DNA of 64,000 bases, from sequence record PZ445536.1. The stretch is one strand, 5' to 3'. Source of the DNA: a phage. The notes below the pieces were generated by a model. It did not search any database. It saw only the letters and a list, made by a program, of their open reading frames with translations, and had not been told where the DNA came from. This document shows, piece after piece, positions 44,807-55,434 of the stretch (the stretch's first letter is position 1; the number at the start of each line of letters is the position of its first letter). Position numbers and translations under genes: made by a program.

Positions 44807-45667
44807 TTATACCGCCATTTTTCCTTTAATTGGCAGATGAGATACATAGTTGTTAAGAACAAAATTATGAGGCTTTGCAAATTGACTCAACCAAAATACC
44901 TGCGATTCTGTGTCCCATTCATCAAATTCATCTGGAAATTTTAATTGTAATTCGCATAAATCCATAGGTTCACGACGCAAAATTTCTTTACATTGTTCTA
45001 CGTGATTCATATAGATATGAGTATTACCACCAGAAAATATCAAATCTCCCGGAATAAGATTACACATCTTAGCTACAATATGAACTAACGTAGCATATGA
45101 TGCAATATTAAATGGAAGACCGAGGAAAACATCTACCGAACGTTGATACCACTGCAAATCTAAATAGCCATTACGCACATTAAACTGATAGAACATATGA
45201 CAAGGAGGTAATGCCATATATTTAAGTTCAGCTGGATTCCACGCAGAAACAATTTGACGCCTATCATTTGGCAGTTTTTTAATACGATCAACAACTTCTA
45301 TAATTTGGTCTACACCGCCAAAATCACGCCACTGTTTTCCATAAATTGGACCAAGTTCACCGCTATGGTATCCTAAATCTTTTGCCTGATTTTCGTAATT
45401 TTCATCCCAAACTGTTTTGCCTTGGATTAACGAATCGTGTTGAATTAATCGTAAATCATTAACATTTGTGCTTCCTGATAAAAACCATATTAGCTCAGCA
45501 ATGCATGCATTCCAGGCGAGCTTCTTAGTTGTTACTGCAGGAAAACCTTTGGTTAAATCCCAACGCAATTTAGTACCGAACAGAGCAATTGTTCCTGTGC
45601 CCGTTCGGTCATCGGTTTCATAGCCATTTTCAAAAATGTCTTTAATTAAATCTTGGTATTGTTTCAT
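44807..45667 (-). CDS. td: thymidylate synthase, 286 aa, uninterrupted
   Basis: continuous 286-codon ORF; catalytic region LPPCHMFYQF. Confidence 0.92.
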   Translation of the reverse strand: MKQYQDLIKDIFENGYETDDRTGTGTIALFGTKLRWDLTKGFPAVTTKKLAWNACIAELIWFLSGSTNVNDLRLIQHDSLIQGKTVWDENYENQAKDLGYHSGELGPIYGKQWRDFGGVDQIIEVVDRIKKLPNDRRQIVSAWNPAELKYMALPPCHMFYQFNVRNGYLDLQWYQRSVDVFLGLPFNIASYATLVHIVAKMCNLIPGDLIFSGGNTHIYMNHVEQCKEILRREPMDLCELQLKFPDEFDEWDTESQVFWLSQFAKPHNFVLNNYVSHLPIKGKMAV

Positions 45668-45712
45668 TTAGTACCTTATATAAATTATAATACATTTTAT
45701 GAAGCTAAATAA

Positions 45713-46060
45713 TCAATACGGTTTAGCATCAAATTTTCTCTCAATTTCAGGTGTGAAATATAATTCTTTACCGCGTTTGGAAAAACGACCAATAATATGA
45801 TAATTATTCTCATCAAACGTGATATTACCAATATCCATAGCTTTCAACCAAATATCAATATTTCTATCCAGCTTTATGTCAAAATTCCAATACGGAGAAC
45901 TATTACCGAAAATACTGCAAGCGGATTCAGTGAAACAACTACTATAAATCTTGTCTTTAGGAACTACTAATTGATAAACGCCTTTAATAAACTGAGGACC
46001 CTGCCACTTTGGCTGTTTCTCATCTTTTTCTAATAGAATAGGGTAATAATTAAAATTCAT
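45713..46060 (-). CDS. hypothetical protein (115 aa) inserted between frd and td
   Basis: ORF with ATG start occupying a 412-bp interval between frd and td; no motif recognised. Confidence 0.55.
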   Translation of the reverse strand: MNFNYYPILLEKDEKQPKWQGPQFIKGVYQLVVPKDKIYSSCFTESACSIFGNSSPYWNFDIKLDRNIDIWLKAMDIGNITFDENNYHIIGRFSKRGKELYFTPEIERKFDAKPY

Positions 46061-46079
46061 ATTTCCGCCACGCGTTATT

Positions 46080-46906
<827 letters not shown>

Positions 46907-46916
46907 ATTATTTTCC

Positions 46917-47159
46917 TTAAACAGACTTTTTCACAATTTTCCAATCGGCTTTAAACTGCTCGACGTCAGAATGGTAAATCCAAAATCCTGCGCTTTCACC
47001 GTCTTCATAAAGCGGACACCCATCACATTCATCTTCCCATCCCATGCCACGTAAAAGGTGTTCAGCTTTTTCAACAAGTTCAGAATCTTTACCGATGATA
47101 TTAAAATACCATTTACCTCTAACTTCCGAATCTTTGATGCTCTGACGTTGTAATCTCAT
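46917..47159 (-). CDS. hypothetical protein (about 80 aa; frd.2-like)
   Basis: ATG at 47157..47159 with AGGAG RBS (ORF track extends to an upstream alternative start). Confidence 0.55.
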   Translation of the reverse strand: MRLQRQSIKDSEVRGKWYFNIIGKDSELVEKAEHLLRGMGWEDECDGCPLYEDGESAGFWIYHSDVEQFKADWKIVKKSV

Positions 47160-47180
47160 TTTATTCTCCTTAGTTGATAA

Positions 47181-47214
47181 GGCTATAGTATCATTACCAT
47201 AGCCCGTTGTAAAC
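47181..47214 (-). promoter_or_regulatory. PeSL-like early promoter / stem-loop cassette
   Basis: - strand GTTTAC, spacer, TACTAT; inverted repeat GGCTAT/ATAGCC around the -10. Confidence 0.5.
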
Positions 47215-47216
47215 AA

Positions 47217-47519
47217 TTATTTTTGAATTTTATCGAGCCACTTACCAAGCTTAATCATTTCTTTAGTAGCCTTTTCCATACTTCTGAACTTGACCAATAG
47301 AGGATAGGTATCGACACCCATAACTAAACCGGTTACAAGACTGTGTTCACCCACAAGCCATAACGAATACGTTTGAATATCGAGCCCGTAATTTCTGTCT
47401 TTATGGACCCGTACACCCATCACTTCAAATTTCTCACTAGCTTTTTCTACCGCATCCAGGAAATCATCTTTAGTCATATTAGGCCTTAAAAGTTTTTCGC
47501 AAAAGTTCAATGATTTCAT
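47217..47519 (-). CDS. hypothetical protein (100 aa; frd.3-like)
   Basis: minus-strand ORF. Confidence 0.6.
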   Translation of the reverse strand: MKSLNFCEKLLRPNMTKDDFLDAVEKASEKFEVMGVRVHKDRNYGLDIQTYSLWLVGEHSLVTGLVMGVDTYPLLVKFRSMEKATKEMIKLGKWLDKIQK

Positions 47520-47859
47520 CTACATTGTTTTCATCTACAATGCAGTGAATTTTTGTTACGCCAGAAACCTTGTCTTTGACTTCATCTTCTTCAGAAGTCG
47601 GTTCTTTATACTCACGAAAACAATGAAATTCATCTTCGCAAATTTCTAAAAGTCTATCTTTGAGGTAAAAATGCTTTCCATTTGCGCATTCAATGTGTTT
47701 TACTGCTTTATATCCATTAGCGACGGAAACTTCTTTAACTTCAAACCATCCGCCATTATCTCGAATAGCTTTAACGATTGATGAATTAGAACGTGGGCTA
47801 TAATTAATAAATGTATCAATAAGTCTTGGAACAAGTTCATACTTTTTACCGGTATACAT
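47479..47859 (-). CDS. hypothetical protein (126 aa)
   Basis: ATG with GAGGAAAC RBS. Confidence 0.6.
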   Translation of the reverse strand: MYTGKKYELVPRLIDTFINYSPRSNSSIVKAIRDNGGWFEVKEVSVANGYKAVKHIECANGKHFYLKDRLLEICEDEFHCFREYKEPTSEEDEVKDKVSGVTKIHCIVDENNVDEIIELLRKTFKA

Positions 47860-47903
47860 TACGGTTTCCTCATTTTAATAGGGGCTTGATAGCCCCTTGA
47901 TAA

Positions 47904-48131
47904 TTATTGTTCAATCAGTCCCATGTAAAATTCTGCGTCTTCAGAATCCATGCCATCACAATATTCATTAGCCATAAAGCGGGTGAGGTCTTCAAGAGGA
48001 CCTTCAATGACAATAGAAAAATTGCAATAATTGGGATCATCGTGAATACTTGTGATACTAAGTTCAGGATAACGATTACGAATAATTTCTTCGATATATT
48101 CAAAATCAACGATGTCAATATCAACTTTAGC
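47904..48131 (-). CDS. hypothetical acidic protein (about 76 aa)
   Basis: ATG at 48129..48131 with AGAGGAAAA RBS; ORF track extends further upstream. Confidence 0.55.
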   Translation of the reverse strand, partial: AKVDIDIVDFEYIEEIIRNRYPELSITSIHDDPNYCNFSIVIEGPLEDLTRFMANEYCDGMDSEDAEFYMGLIEQ

Positions 48132-48230
48132 CATATTATTTTCCTCTTTAATCATCAGCAGTATTGCCGATAGTTGTATAGTACCATGGAAGGACAAGGA
48201 TGTAAACTGTTTTGTGAAAAAAATTTTTGA

Positions 48231-48260
48231 AATAAAAAAAGGGGACCTCTAGGGTCCCCC
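48231..48260 (-). terminator. strong intrinsic terminator downstream of gene 32
   Basis: on the - strand GGGGACC-CUAGA-GGUCCCC followed by UUUUUUU. Confidence 0.8.
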
Positions 48261-48282
48261 AATTAATTAATAATATAATCTA

Positions 48283-49191
48283 TTAAAGGTCATTCAAAAG
48301 GTCATCCAGGTCCGTGTCATCAGCACTAGATGAACTGCCAGAGCTTGAGCTCATAAAATCATCTTCAGTTTTTGTATTGAAGTCATCAACATTGAATGCA
48401 TCCAAATCATCAGCAACTTTATCAGCTTTCTTAGCAGCAGTCGCTGCGGCACCGCCCATCACAGCAGTTCCCATAACTTGACCGAATTTAGTATTCAGTT
48501 CTTCAAATGATTTGAATTTATCTTTAGAAGTCATTTCAGAAAGGTCAACCATTTGTTCGAACAGTTCTTTCTGGAAAGATTCATCATCAATGTTTGGAAT
48601 CGCAGATTGATTCAGGAATTTAGATTCGTCGTAGTTACTAAATCCAGAAACTTGTTTAACTTTCAGTACAAAGTTAGCACCTTCCCACGGACAAGTTACA
48701 TCAACTGGAGTTTCACCCATTTCAACATCAACCGCAATCATTGCATTGATTTTATCCCAGATTTTCTTACCGAAACGGTATTTAAATACTTTACCTTCGT
48801 TTTCTGGAGCAGCTGGGTCTTTTACTACAAGAATGTTAGCCCAGTAAGAAGTTTTACGTTTAACAAGACTGTACTCTTTATTGTCAGTGTTGTACAGATC
48901 ATTTTTACTAATGTATTGACATACTGGGCAAGAATCGTAATCACCGTGGGTAGATGAACAGTTTTCAATATACCATTTACCATTTTTCTTGAAACCGTGA
49001 TTTACAAGAATTGCGAATGGTGCTTGTTCATCATTTTTAGACGGAAGAAAACGAATTACTGCTTGACCGTTACCCGCATTGTCGAGTTTCAGTTTCCACT
49101 CGCCTTTATCTTCAGAAGAAAAACCACCTTTATTTCCAGCCAGTTTAGCCATTTGTGCAGCGAGTTCAGCAGTAGATTTACGTTTAAACAT
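48283..49191 (-). CDS. 32: single-stranded DNA-binding protein gp32
   Basis: [25 protein letters not shown]-terminus, zinc-binding Cys/His cluster, acidic Ser/Asp-rich C-terminus. Confidence 0.93.
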   Translation of the reverse strand: MFKRKSTAELAAQMAKLAGNKGGFSSEDKGEWKLKLDNAGNGQAVIRFLPSKNDEQAPFAILVNHGFKKNGKWYIENCSSTHGDYDSCPVCQYISKNDLYNTDNKEYSLVKRKTSYWANILVVKDPAAPENEGKVFKYRFGKKIWDKINAMIAVDVEMGETPVDVTCPWEGANFVLKVKQVSGFSNYDESKFLNQSAIPNIDDESFQKELFEQMVDLSEMTSKDKFKSFEELNTKFGQVMGTAVMGGAAATAAKKADKVADDLDAFNVDDFNTKTEDDFMSSSSGSSSSADDTDLDDLLNDL

Positions 49192-49290
49192 TTTTATTTC
49201 CTTTTTAATTTAATTAACAGTTGGTGCTATGACGATGTATGACCTCATAGCTGGTCAGTGAGATAATTATAATCTATTTATAATAAGCAA

Positions 49291-49944
49291 TTAATACTTA
49301 CAAGATTTCACAGTTTCAATGAAAACACTTTTAGCTTTCTGTGAATCAATATTTAAAATTTTTCTATAAGCCTTTAACTTTATAGAATAATTATTCCAGA
49401 CTAAATTATCAGTCTGTTCATCATGTTTATCAATTATATTTAAAAATGAATCAAGCAAGATAAACGTCTCAAACGAAATTATGTTCGACTGAAGCAGTTT
49501 AAAAATATAACTTGATTGAACTTTTGGATTATATTCAAAAATTTCTTTAAAAGCAGAAACTTCAACTTTTTTACTAAAATAATAAATGTTGCGAATATCT
49601 TCTTCAAACTTAAATTTAATTTGCTTTAAGCGTCCGATATATTCACGATAAAACACAAGTGCATCAGCGTCAGAGATGTCACCAATCCAAGCATCTTGGT
49701 TAGCAACCAAATTACTTATAAAGATTAAAGCAAGTTCCTTTAATTTATATTTTTCTGATAACTTCTGGAAAAAATACTTATCCCTTCGCTTTTGATAAGC
49801 GGCATCAGACACCCGCATGCACCAATTATACTTAATTACATCATACTTTCCATTCATATGTTGTTTTATCATTAAGTATAATTTATAAACTGATTTACCA
49901 TCAATGTATCTTTCACCACCAGCAGGCATGCGGAGTTTAATCAT
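49291..49944 (-). CDS. 59: gp59 helicase loader, 217 aa
   Basis: 217 aa, position between genes 32 and 33. Confidence 0.85.
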   Translation of the reverse strand: MIKLRMPAGGERYIDGKSVYKLYLMIKQHMNGKYDVIKYNWCMRVSDAAYQKRRDKYFFQKLSEKYKLKELALIFISNLVANQDAWIGDISDADALVFYREYIGRLKQIKFKFEEDIRNIYYFSKKVEVSAFKEIFEYNPKVQSSYIFKLLQSNIISFETFILLDSFLNIIDKHDEQTDNLVWNNYSIKLKAYRKILNIDSQKAKSVFIETVKSCKY

Positions 49945-50279
49945 AGTAGAAAATCTAATGTATTAGTTTTTTCACAACGAACAACAGAAGGACGTAAAAG
50001 ATTTTCGTCAATAGCTTCTGACTGAATTTTTTCAATTATACCCGAAGGAATAAATTTAGCAAATTGAGTTTCAGGAATAGAATTTTCTTCCAAGAATGCT
50101 GTCGTAGCTTCAAGATAACTCATTCCAAACTCTTCTACCATTTTTTCAATAATAAATCCATTTTCTTGACGATCAAGAAGCTTTGCTATTTCATCCTTTT
50201 CTTTCTTAATTGAAAGTTCTTTTTCTGAAAGACCGGTCTCATCGACCGGACGAATATCATTTAGAGAAAACTGTGTCAT
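49941..50279 (-). CDS. 33: late promoter transcription accessory protein gp33, 112 aa
   Basis: ATG at 50277..50279 gives MTQFSLNDIRPV and 112 aa (ORF track starts 3 codons upstream). Confidence 0.85.
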   Translation of the reverse strand: MTQFSLNDIRPVDETGLSEKELSIKKEKDEIAKLLDRQENGFIIEKMVEEFGMSYLEATTAFLEENSIPETQFAKFIPSGIIEKIQSEAIDENLLRPSVVRCEKTNTLDFLL

Positions 50280-50526
50280 AAAGTTCAACTACCTCTTCAG
50301 TTTCAGCTTCAAACACATCACGGTTATCTTTATGATACAAAGCTAATAGACGATTAAACATCTTACCATCAACGCCAAGTTCATCTTTGGCACGAATTCG
50401 AATATCTTTAATCAGTTCATTATAACCGGAAATTTTCAGTTTATGATCAGATGCTTCTTTAATAAATTTAGCCAAGTCTTCGCCATGGATAGCTTCATCA
50501 AATTCAACCATTTCTTTTTTAGCCAT
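50257..50526 (-). CDS. dsbA: DsbA dsDNA-binding late transcription protein, 89 aa
   Basis: 89 aa, overlaps the start of gene 33 by 23 nt. Confidence 0.8.
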   Translation of the reverse strand: MAKKEMVEFDEAIHGEDLAKFIKEASDHKLKISGYNELIKDIRIRAKDELGVDGKMFNRLLALYHKDNRDVFEAETEEVVELYDTVFSK

Positions 50527-50534
50527 TATTCACC

Positions 50535-51452
50535 TCAAAATTCATTAATGCTATTAGTTAATTTAGAAAGACCCGCTTTTACAAAATATGAATAAATTTT
50601 GCCACGCGGTGGTAATTTATATGAATTATAGTAATTCACAATGTTTGAAGCAATATTATCAGGAATATAATCAAAATCAATTAGAACTAAATTTTCTTTA
50701 TAACGATTATATTCAGATTCTGTGAGAAGCACCTTAGCTTGCTCACGGTCATTAGCAATAGCTTCAACGATTGAAGTTTTCATTGAAGGAGTTCGTTCAC
50801 CTTCAACTCTGGTAAACCAAAAGTCAGATCGTACTTTAACTGAAGCAACGTTATCCTTTTTGTCGCCTTTAAGGATTTTAGTCATGCAATCAATTTCAGC
50901 AGAACCGCTTTTAATTTTAACCCATTTCTTATGCATCGGTGACCATTGCTTAACATTTGGATATTTGTGAAGCTGTGTAAAGTCACCATCCGATGAAATG
51001 ATTAAAATCTTGTGTCCTTCTAAAGAGAACTTTTTAACAAGAACAGCAATGTGGTCATCCGCTTCATACTTATCAATATCCATAACAATGTATGGCATAT
51101 AAGCTTTCAATTCATCTATAACTTTATGGCTGGATTCAAAATAACCTTCCCAGTCCCAAGTAGATTCTTCTCGTGCTTTTCCACGGTTTTTCTTATAATA
51201 ATAAGCGAAATCACGACGCCAGTATCCAGATTTCGCGTTATCAATACACAGTACAATTTTAGTGTATCCAAGCGTTTTTGCTTTTTTGACATTAAACTTA
51301 ATTGAGTTCAATATCAAATGACGAACCATTGATAAATTAATTTTTTCTTTATCTGGGAAGTTTACTAAAGCAGTTGAAAGCGCAATTTGACTAAAGTCAA
51401 TAAAGCAAATTCCTTCTTTGTAATCTTCATCCAACATCATTTCTAAATCCAT
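50535..51452 (-). CDS. rnh: RNase H / 5-prime-3-prime exonuclease (FEN family), 305 aa
   Basis: ATG at 51450..51452 with GAGG RBS gives MDLEMMLDEDYKEGICFIDF and 305 aa; ORF track start is a TTG. Confidence 0.9.
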   Translation of the reverse strand: MDLEMMLDEDYKEGICFIDFSQIALSTALVNFPDKEKINLSMVRHLILNSIKFNVKKAKTLGYTKIVLCIDNAKSGYWRRDFAYYYKKNRGKAREESTWDWEGYFESSHKVIDELKAYMPYIVMDIDKYEADDHIAVLVKKFSLEGHKILIISSDGDFTQLHKYPNVKQWSPMHKKWVKIKSGSAEIDCMTKILKGDKKDNVASVKVRSDFWFTRVEGERTPSMKTSIVEAIANDREQAKVLLTESEYNRYKENLVLIDFDYIPDNIASNIVNYYNSYKLPPRGKIYSYFVKAGLSKLTNSINEF

Positions 51453-51473
51453 ATGAACCTCGTTCAATTAGTG

Positions 51474-51511
51474 AGATTTCTATTATATACCATCCAAATC
51501 TTAAAGTAAAC
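51474..51511 (-). promoter_or_regulatory. early promoter with flanking inverted repeat (PeSL-like) for rnh
   Basis: - strand GTTTAC, 18 nt, TATAAT; inverted repeat AGATTT/AAATCT brackets the -10. Confidence 0.55.
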
Positions 51512-51514
51512 AAG

Positions 51515-51522
51515 TATAAATA
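51515..51522 (+). promoter_or_regulatory. late promoter TATAAATA for gene 34
   Basis: exact motif 35 nt upstream of the gene 34 ATG. Confidence 0.7.
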
Positions 51523-51556
51523 CTTATTATTGAAAACACAATAGGAGCCCGGGAGA

Positions 51557-54500
51557 ATGGCCGAGATTAAAAGAAAGTTCAGAGCAGAAGATGGTCTGGA
51601 CGCAGGTGGCGATAAAATAATCAACGTAGCTTTAGCTGATCGTACCGTAGGAACTGACGGTGTTAACGTTGATTACTTAATTCAAGAAAACACAGTTCAA
51701 CAATACGATCCAACTCGTGGATATTTAAAAGATTTTGTAATCATTTATGATAACCGCTTTTGGGCTGCTATAAATGATATTCCAAAACCGGCAGGAGCTT
51801 TTAATAGCGGACGCTGGAGAGCATTACGTACCGATGCTAACTGGATTACAGTCTCATCTGGTTCATATCAATTAAAATCCGGTGAAGCTATTTCGGTTAA
51901 CACCGCAGCTGGTAATGATATTACATTTACTTTACCATCTTCTCCAATTGATGGTGATACTATCGTTCTCCAAGATATTGGAGGAAAACCTGGAGTTAAC
52001 CAAGTTTTAATTGTAGCTCCGGTGCAAAGTATTGTAAACTTCAGAGGTCAACAAGTACGTTCAGTACTAATGACTCATCCAAAGTCACAGCTAGTTTTAA
52101 TTTTTAGTAATCGTCTGTGGCAAATGTATGTTGCTGATTATAGTAGAGAAGCTGTAGTTATAACACCAGCAAGTCTCTATCAGGCGCAATCTAATGATTT
52201 TATCGTACGTAGATTTACTTCTGCTGCACCAATTAATGTTAAACTTCCAAGATTTGCTAATCATGGCGATATTATTAATTTCGTTGATTTAGATAAACTG
52301 AATCCACTTTATCATACAATTGTTACTACATACGATGAAACGACTTCAGTACAAGAAGTTGGAACTCATTCCATTGAAGGCCGTACATCGATTGACGGTT
52401 TCTTGATGTTTGATGATAATGAGAAATTGTGGAGATTGTTTGACGGTGACAGTAAAGCGCGTTTACGCATTATAACGACTAATTCTAATATTCGTCCAAA
52501 TGAAGAAGTCATGGTATTTGGTGCGAATAACGGAACAACTCAAACAATTGAGCTTCAGCTTCCAACTAATATTTCTGTTGGTGATACTGTTAAAATTTCC
52601 ATGAATTACATGAGAAAAGGACAAACAGTTAAAATCAAAGCTGCCGGTGAAGATAAAATTGCTTCTTCAGTTCAATTGCTGCAATTCCCAAAACGTTCAG
52701 AATATCCGCCTGAAGCTGAATGGGTAACTGTTCAAGAATTAGTTTTTAACGGTGAAACTAATTATGTTCCAGTTTTACAACTTGCTTATATAGAAGATTC
52801 TGATGGAAAATACTGGGTTGTACAACAAAACGTTCCAACCGTAGAAAGAGTAGACTCTTTGAATGATTCTACTAGAGCAAGATTAGGCGTAATTGCTTTA
52901 GCTACACAAGCTCAAGCTAATGTCGATTTAGAAAATTCTCCACAAAAAGAATTAGCAATTACTCCAGAAACATTAGCTAACCGTACTGCTACAGAAACTC
53001 GCAGAGGTATTGCAAGAATAGCAACTACTGCTCAAGTGAATCAGAACACCACATTCTCTTTTGCAGATGACCTTATCATTACTCCTAAAAAGCTGAATGA
53101 AAGAACTGCTACAGAAACTCGCAGAGGTGTTGCTGAAATTGCTACGCAGCAAGAAACTAATGCAGGAACCGATGATACTACAATCATCACTCCTAAAAAG
53201 CTTCAAGCTCGTCAAGGTTCTGAATCATTATCTGGTATTGTAACTTTTGTATCTACCACAGGCGCTACTCCAGCTTCTAGTCGTGAATTAAATGGTACAA
53301 ACGTTTATAATAAAAACACTAATAATTTAGTTGTTTCACCTAAAGCTTTGGATCAGTATAAAGCTACTCCAACGCAGCAAGGTGCAGTAATTTTAGCAGT
53401 TGAAAGTGAAGTAATTGCTGGACAAAGTCAGGAAGGATGGGCAAATGCTGTTGTAACACCAGAAACGTTACATAAAAAGACATCAACTGATGGAAGAATT
53501 GGTTTAATTGAAATTGCTACTCAAAGCGAAGTTAATACAGGAACTGATTATACTCGTGCAGTCACTCCTAAAACTTTAAATGACCGTAGAGCAACTGAAA
53601 GTTTAAGTGGTATAGCTGAAATTGCTACACAAGTTGAATTCGACGCAGGCGTCGACGATACTCGTATCTCTACACCATTAAAAATTAAAACTAGATTTAA
53701 TAGTACTGATCGTACTTCTGTTGTTGCTCTATCTGGATTAGTTGAATCAGGAACTCTCTGGGACCATTATACCCTTAATATTCTTGAAGCAAATGAGACA
53801 CAGCGTGGTACACTTCGTGTAGCTACACAGGTCGAAGCTGCTGCAGGAACATTAGATAATGTTTTAATAACTCCTAAAAAGCTTTTAGGTACTAAATCTA
53901 CCGAATCACAGGAAGGTGTTATTAAAGTTGCAACCCAGTCTGAAACTGTTACTGGAACGTCAGCAAATACTGCTGTATCTCCAAAAAATTTAAAATGGAT
54001 TGTGCAGAGTGAACCTACTTGGGCAGCTACTACTGCGATAAGAGGTTTTGTTAAAACTTCATCTGGTTCAATTACATTCGTTGGTAATGATACAGTTGGT
54101 TCTACACAGAGCTTAGAGCTATACGAGAAAAATAGCTATGCAGTATCACCATATGAATTAAACCGTGTATTAGCAAATTATTTGCCGTTAAAAGCAAAAG
54201 CTGCTGATACAAATTTATTAGATGGTCTAGATTCATCTCAGTTCATTCGTAGGGATATTGCACAGACGGTTAATGGTTCACTAACCTTAACCCAACAAAC
54301 GAATCTGAGTGCCCCTCTTGTATCATCTAGTACTGCTACGTTTGGTGGATCAGTTTCGGCAAATAGTACATTAACTATTTCTAATACTGGAACGGCAACT
54401 CGTCTGATATTTGAGAAAGGACCTCAAACTGGAACGAACCCAGCGCAGACGATGACTATCAGAGTTTGGGGAAATCAGTTTGGTGGTGGATCAGATACAA

Positions 54501-55426
54501 CACGTTCTACTGTATTTGAAGTTGGTGATGAAACATCTAATCACTTTTATTCTCAACGTAATAAAGCTGGTAATATTACGTTTAGCATTAATGGTACTGT
54601 GATGCCAATAAATGTTAACGCTTCCGGTTCATTGAATGCGAATGGCGTTGCAACATTTGGTAGTTCAGTTACTGCTAATGGCGAATTCATCAGCAAGTCT
54701 GCAAATGCTTTTAGAGCAATTAGTGGTGATTACGGATTCTTTATTCGCAATGATGCTGCTACCACATATTTTATGCTCACTGCATCCGGTGATCAGACTG
54801 GCGGATTTAATGGATTACGTCCTTTAGCTATTAATAATGCATCTGGCCAAGTAACGATTGGTGAAAGCTTAATCATTGCCAAAGGTGCTACTATAAATTC
54901 AGATGGTTTGACTGTTAACTCGAGAATTCGTTCTCAGGGTACTAAAACATCTGATTTATATACCCGTGCGCCAACATCTGATACTGTAGGATTCTGGTCA
55001 ATCGATATTAACGATTCAGCCACTTATAACCAGTTCCCGGGTTATTTTAAAATGGTTGAAAAAACTAATGAAGTGACTGGACTTCCATACTTAGAACGTG
55101 GCGAAGAAGTTAAATCTCCTGGTACACTGACACAGTTTGGTAACACACTTGATTCGCTTTACCAAGATTGGATTACTTATCCAACGACACCAGAAGCGCG
55201 TACCACTCGCTGGACACGTACATGGCAGAAAACCAAAAACTCTTGGTCAAGTTTTGTTCAGGTATTTGACGGAGGTAACCCTCCTCAACCATCTGATATC
55301 GGTGCTTTACCATCTGATAATGCTACAATGGGGAATCTTACTATTCGTGATTTCTTACGAATTGGTAATGTTCGCATTATTCCTGACCCAGTGAATAAAA
55401 CGGTTAAATTTGAATGGGTTGAATAA
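51557..55426 (+). CDS. 34: long tail fibre proximal subunit gp34, 1289 aa
   Basis: 1289 aa; internal repeated units of the form ITPKKL..R.ATE...G.AEIAT. Confidence 0.93.
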   Translation: MAEIKRKFRAEDGLDAGGDKIINVALADRTVGTDGVNVDYLIQENTVQQYDPTRGYLKDFVIIYDNRFWAAINDIPKPAGAFNSGRWRALRTDANWITVSSGSYQLKSGEAISVNTAAGNDITFTLPSSPIDGDTIVLQDIGGKPGVNQVLIVAPVQSIVNFRGQQVRSVLMTHPKSQLVLIFSNRLWQMYVADYSREAVVITPASLYQAQSNDFIVRRFTSAAPINVKLPRFANHGDIINFVDLDKLNPLYHTIVTTYDETTSVQEVGTHSIEGRTSIDGFLMFDDNEKLWRLFDGDSKARLRIITTNSNIRPNEEVMVFGANNGTTQTIELQLPTNISVGDTVKISMNYMRKGQTVKIKAAGEDKIASSVQLLQFPKRSEYPPEAEWVTVQELVFNGETNYVPVLQLAYIEDSDGKYWVVQQNVPTVERVDSLNDSTRARLGVIALATQAQANVDLENSPQKELAITPETLANRTATETRRGIARIATTAQVNQNTTFSFADDLIITPKKLNERTATETRRGVAEIATQQETNAGTDDTTIITPKKLQARQGSESLSGIVTFVSTTGATPASSRELNGTNVYNKNTNNLVVSPKALDQYKATPTQQGAVILAVESEVIAGQSQEGWANAVVTPETLHKKTSTDGRIGLIEIATQSEVNTGTDYTRAVTPKTLNDRRATESLSGIAEIATQVEFDAGVDDTRISTPLKIKTRFNSTDRTSVVALSGLVESGTLWDHYTLNILEANETQRGTLRVATQVEAAAGTLDNVLITPKKLLGTKSTESQEGVIKVATQSETVTGTSANTAVSPKNLKWIVQSEPTWAATTAIRGFVKTSSGSITFVGNDTVGSTQSLELYEKNSYAVSPYELNRVLANYLPLKAKAADTNLLDGLDSSQFIRRDIAQTVNGSLTLTQQTNLSAPLVSSSTATFGGSVSANSTLTISNTGTATRLIFEKGPQTGTNPAQTMTIRVWGNQFGGGSDTTRSTVFEVGDETSNHFYSQRNKAGNITFSINGTVMPINVNASGSLNANGVATFGSSVTANGEFISKSANAFRAISGDYGFFIRNDAATTYFMLTASGDQTGGFNGLRPLAINNASGQVTIGESLIIAKGATINSDGLTVNSRIRSQGTKTSDLYTRAPTSDTVGFWSIDINDSATYNQFPGYFKMVEKTNEVTGLPYLERGEEVKSPGTLTQFGNTLDSLYQDWITYPTTPEARTTRWTRTWQKTKNSWSSFVQVFDGGNPPQPSDIGALPSDNATMGNLTIRDFLRIGNVRIIPDPVNKTVKFEWVE

Positions 55427-55434
55427 GAGGTATT

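Noticed and set aside
44807-45667. Possibility that td contains a group I intron as in T4
   Set aside because: The 286-codon ORF is continuous and full-length for thymidylate synthase; no interruption is present.
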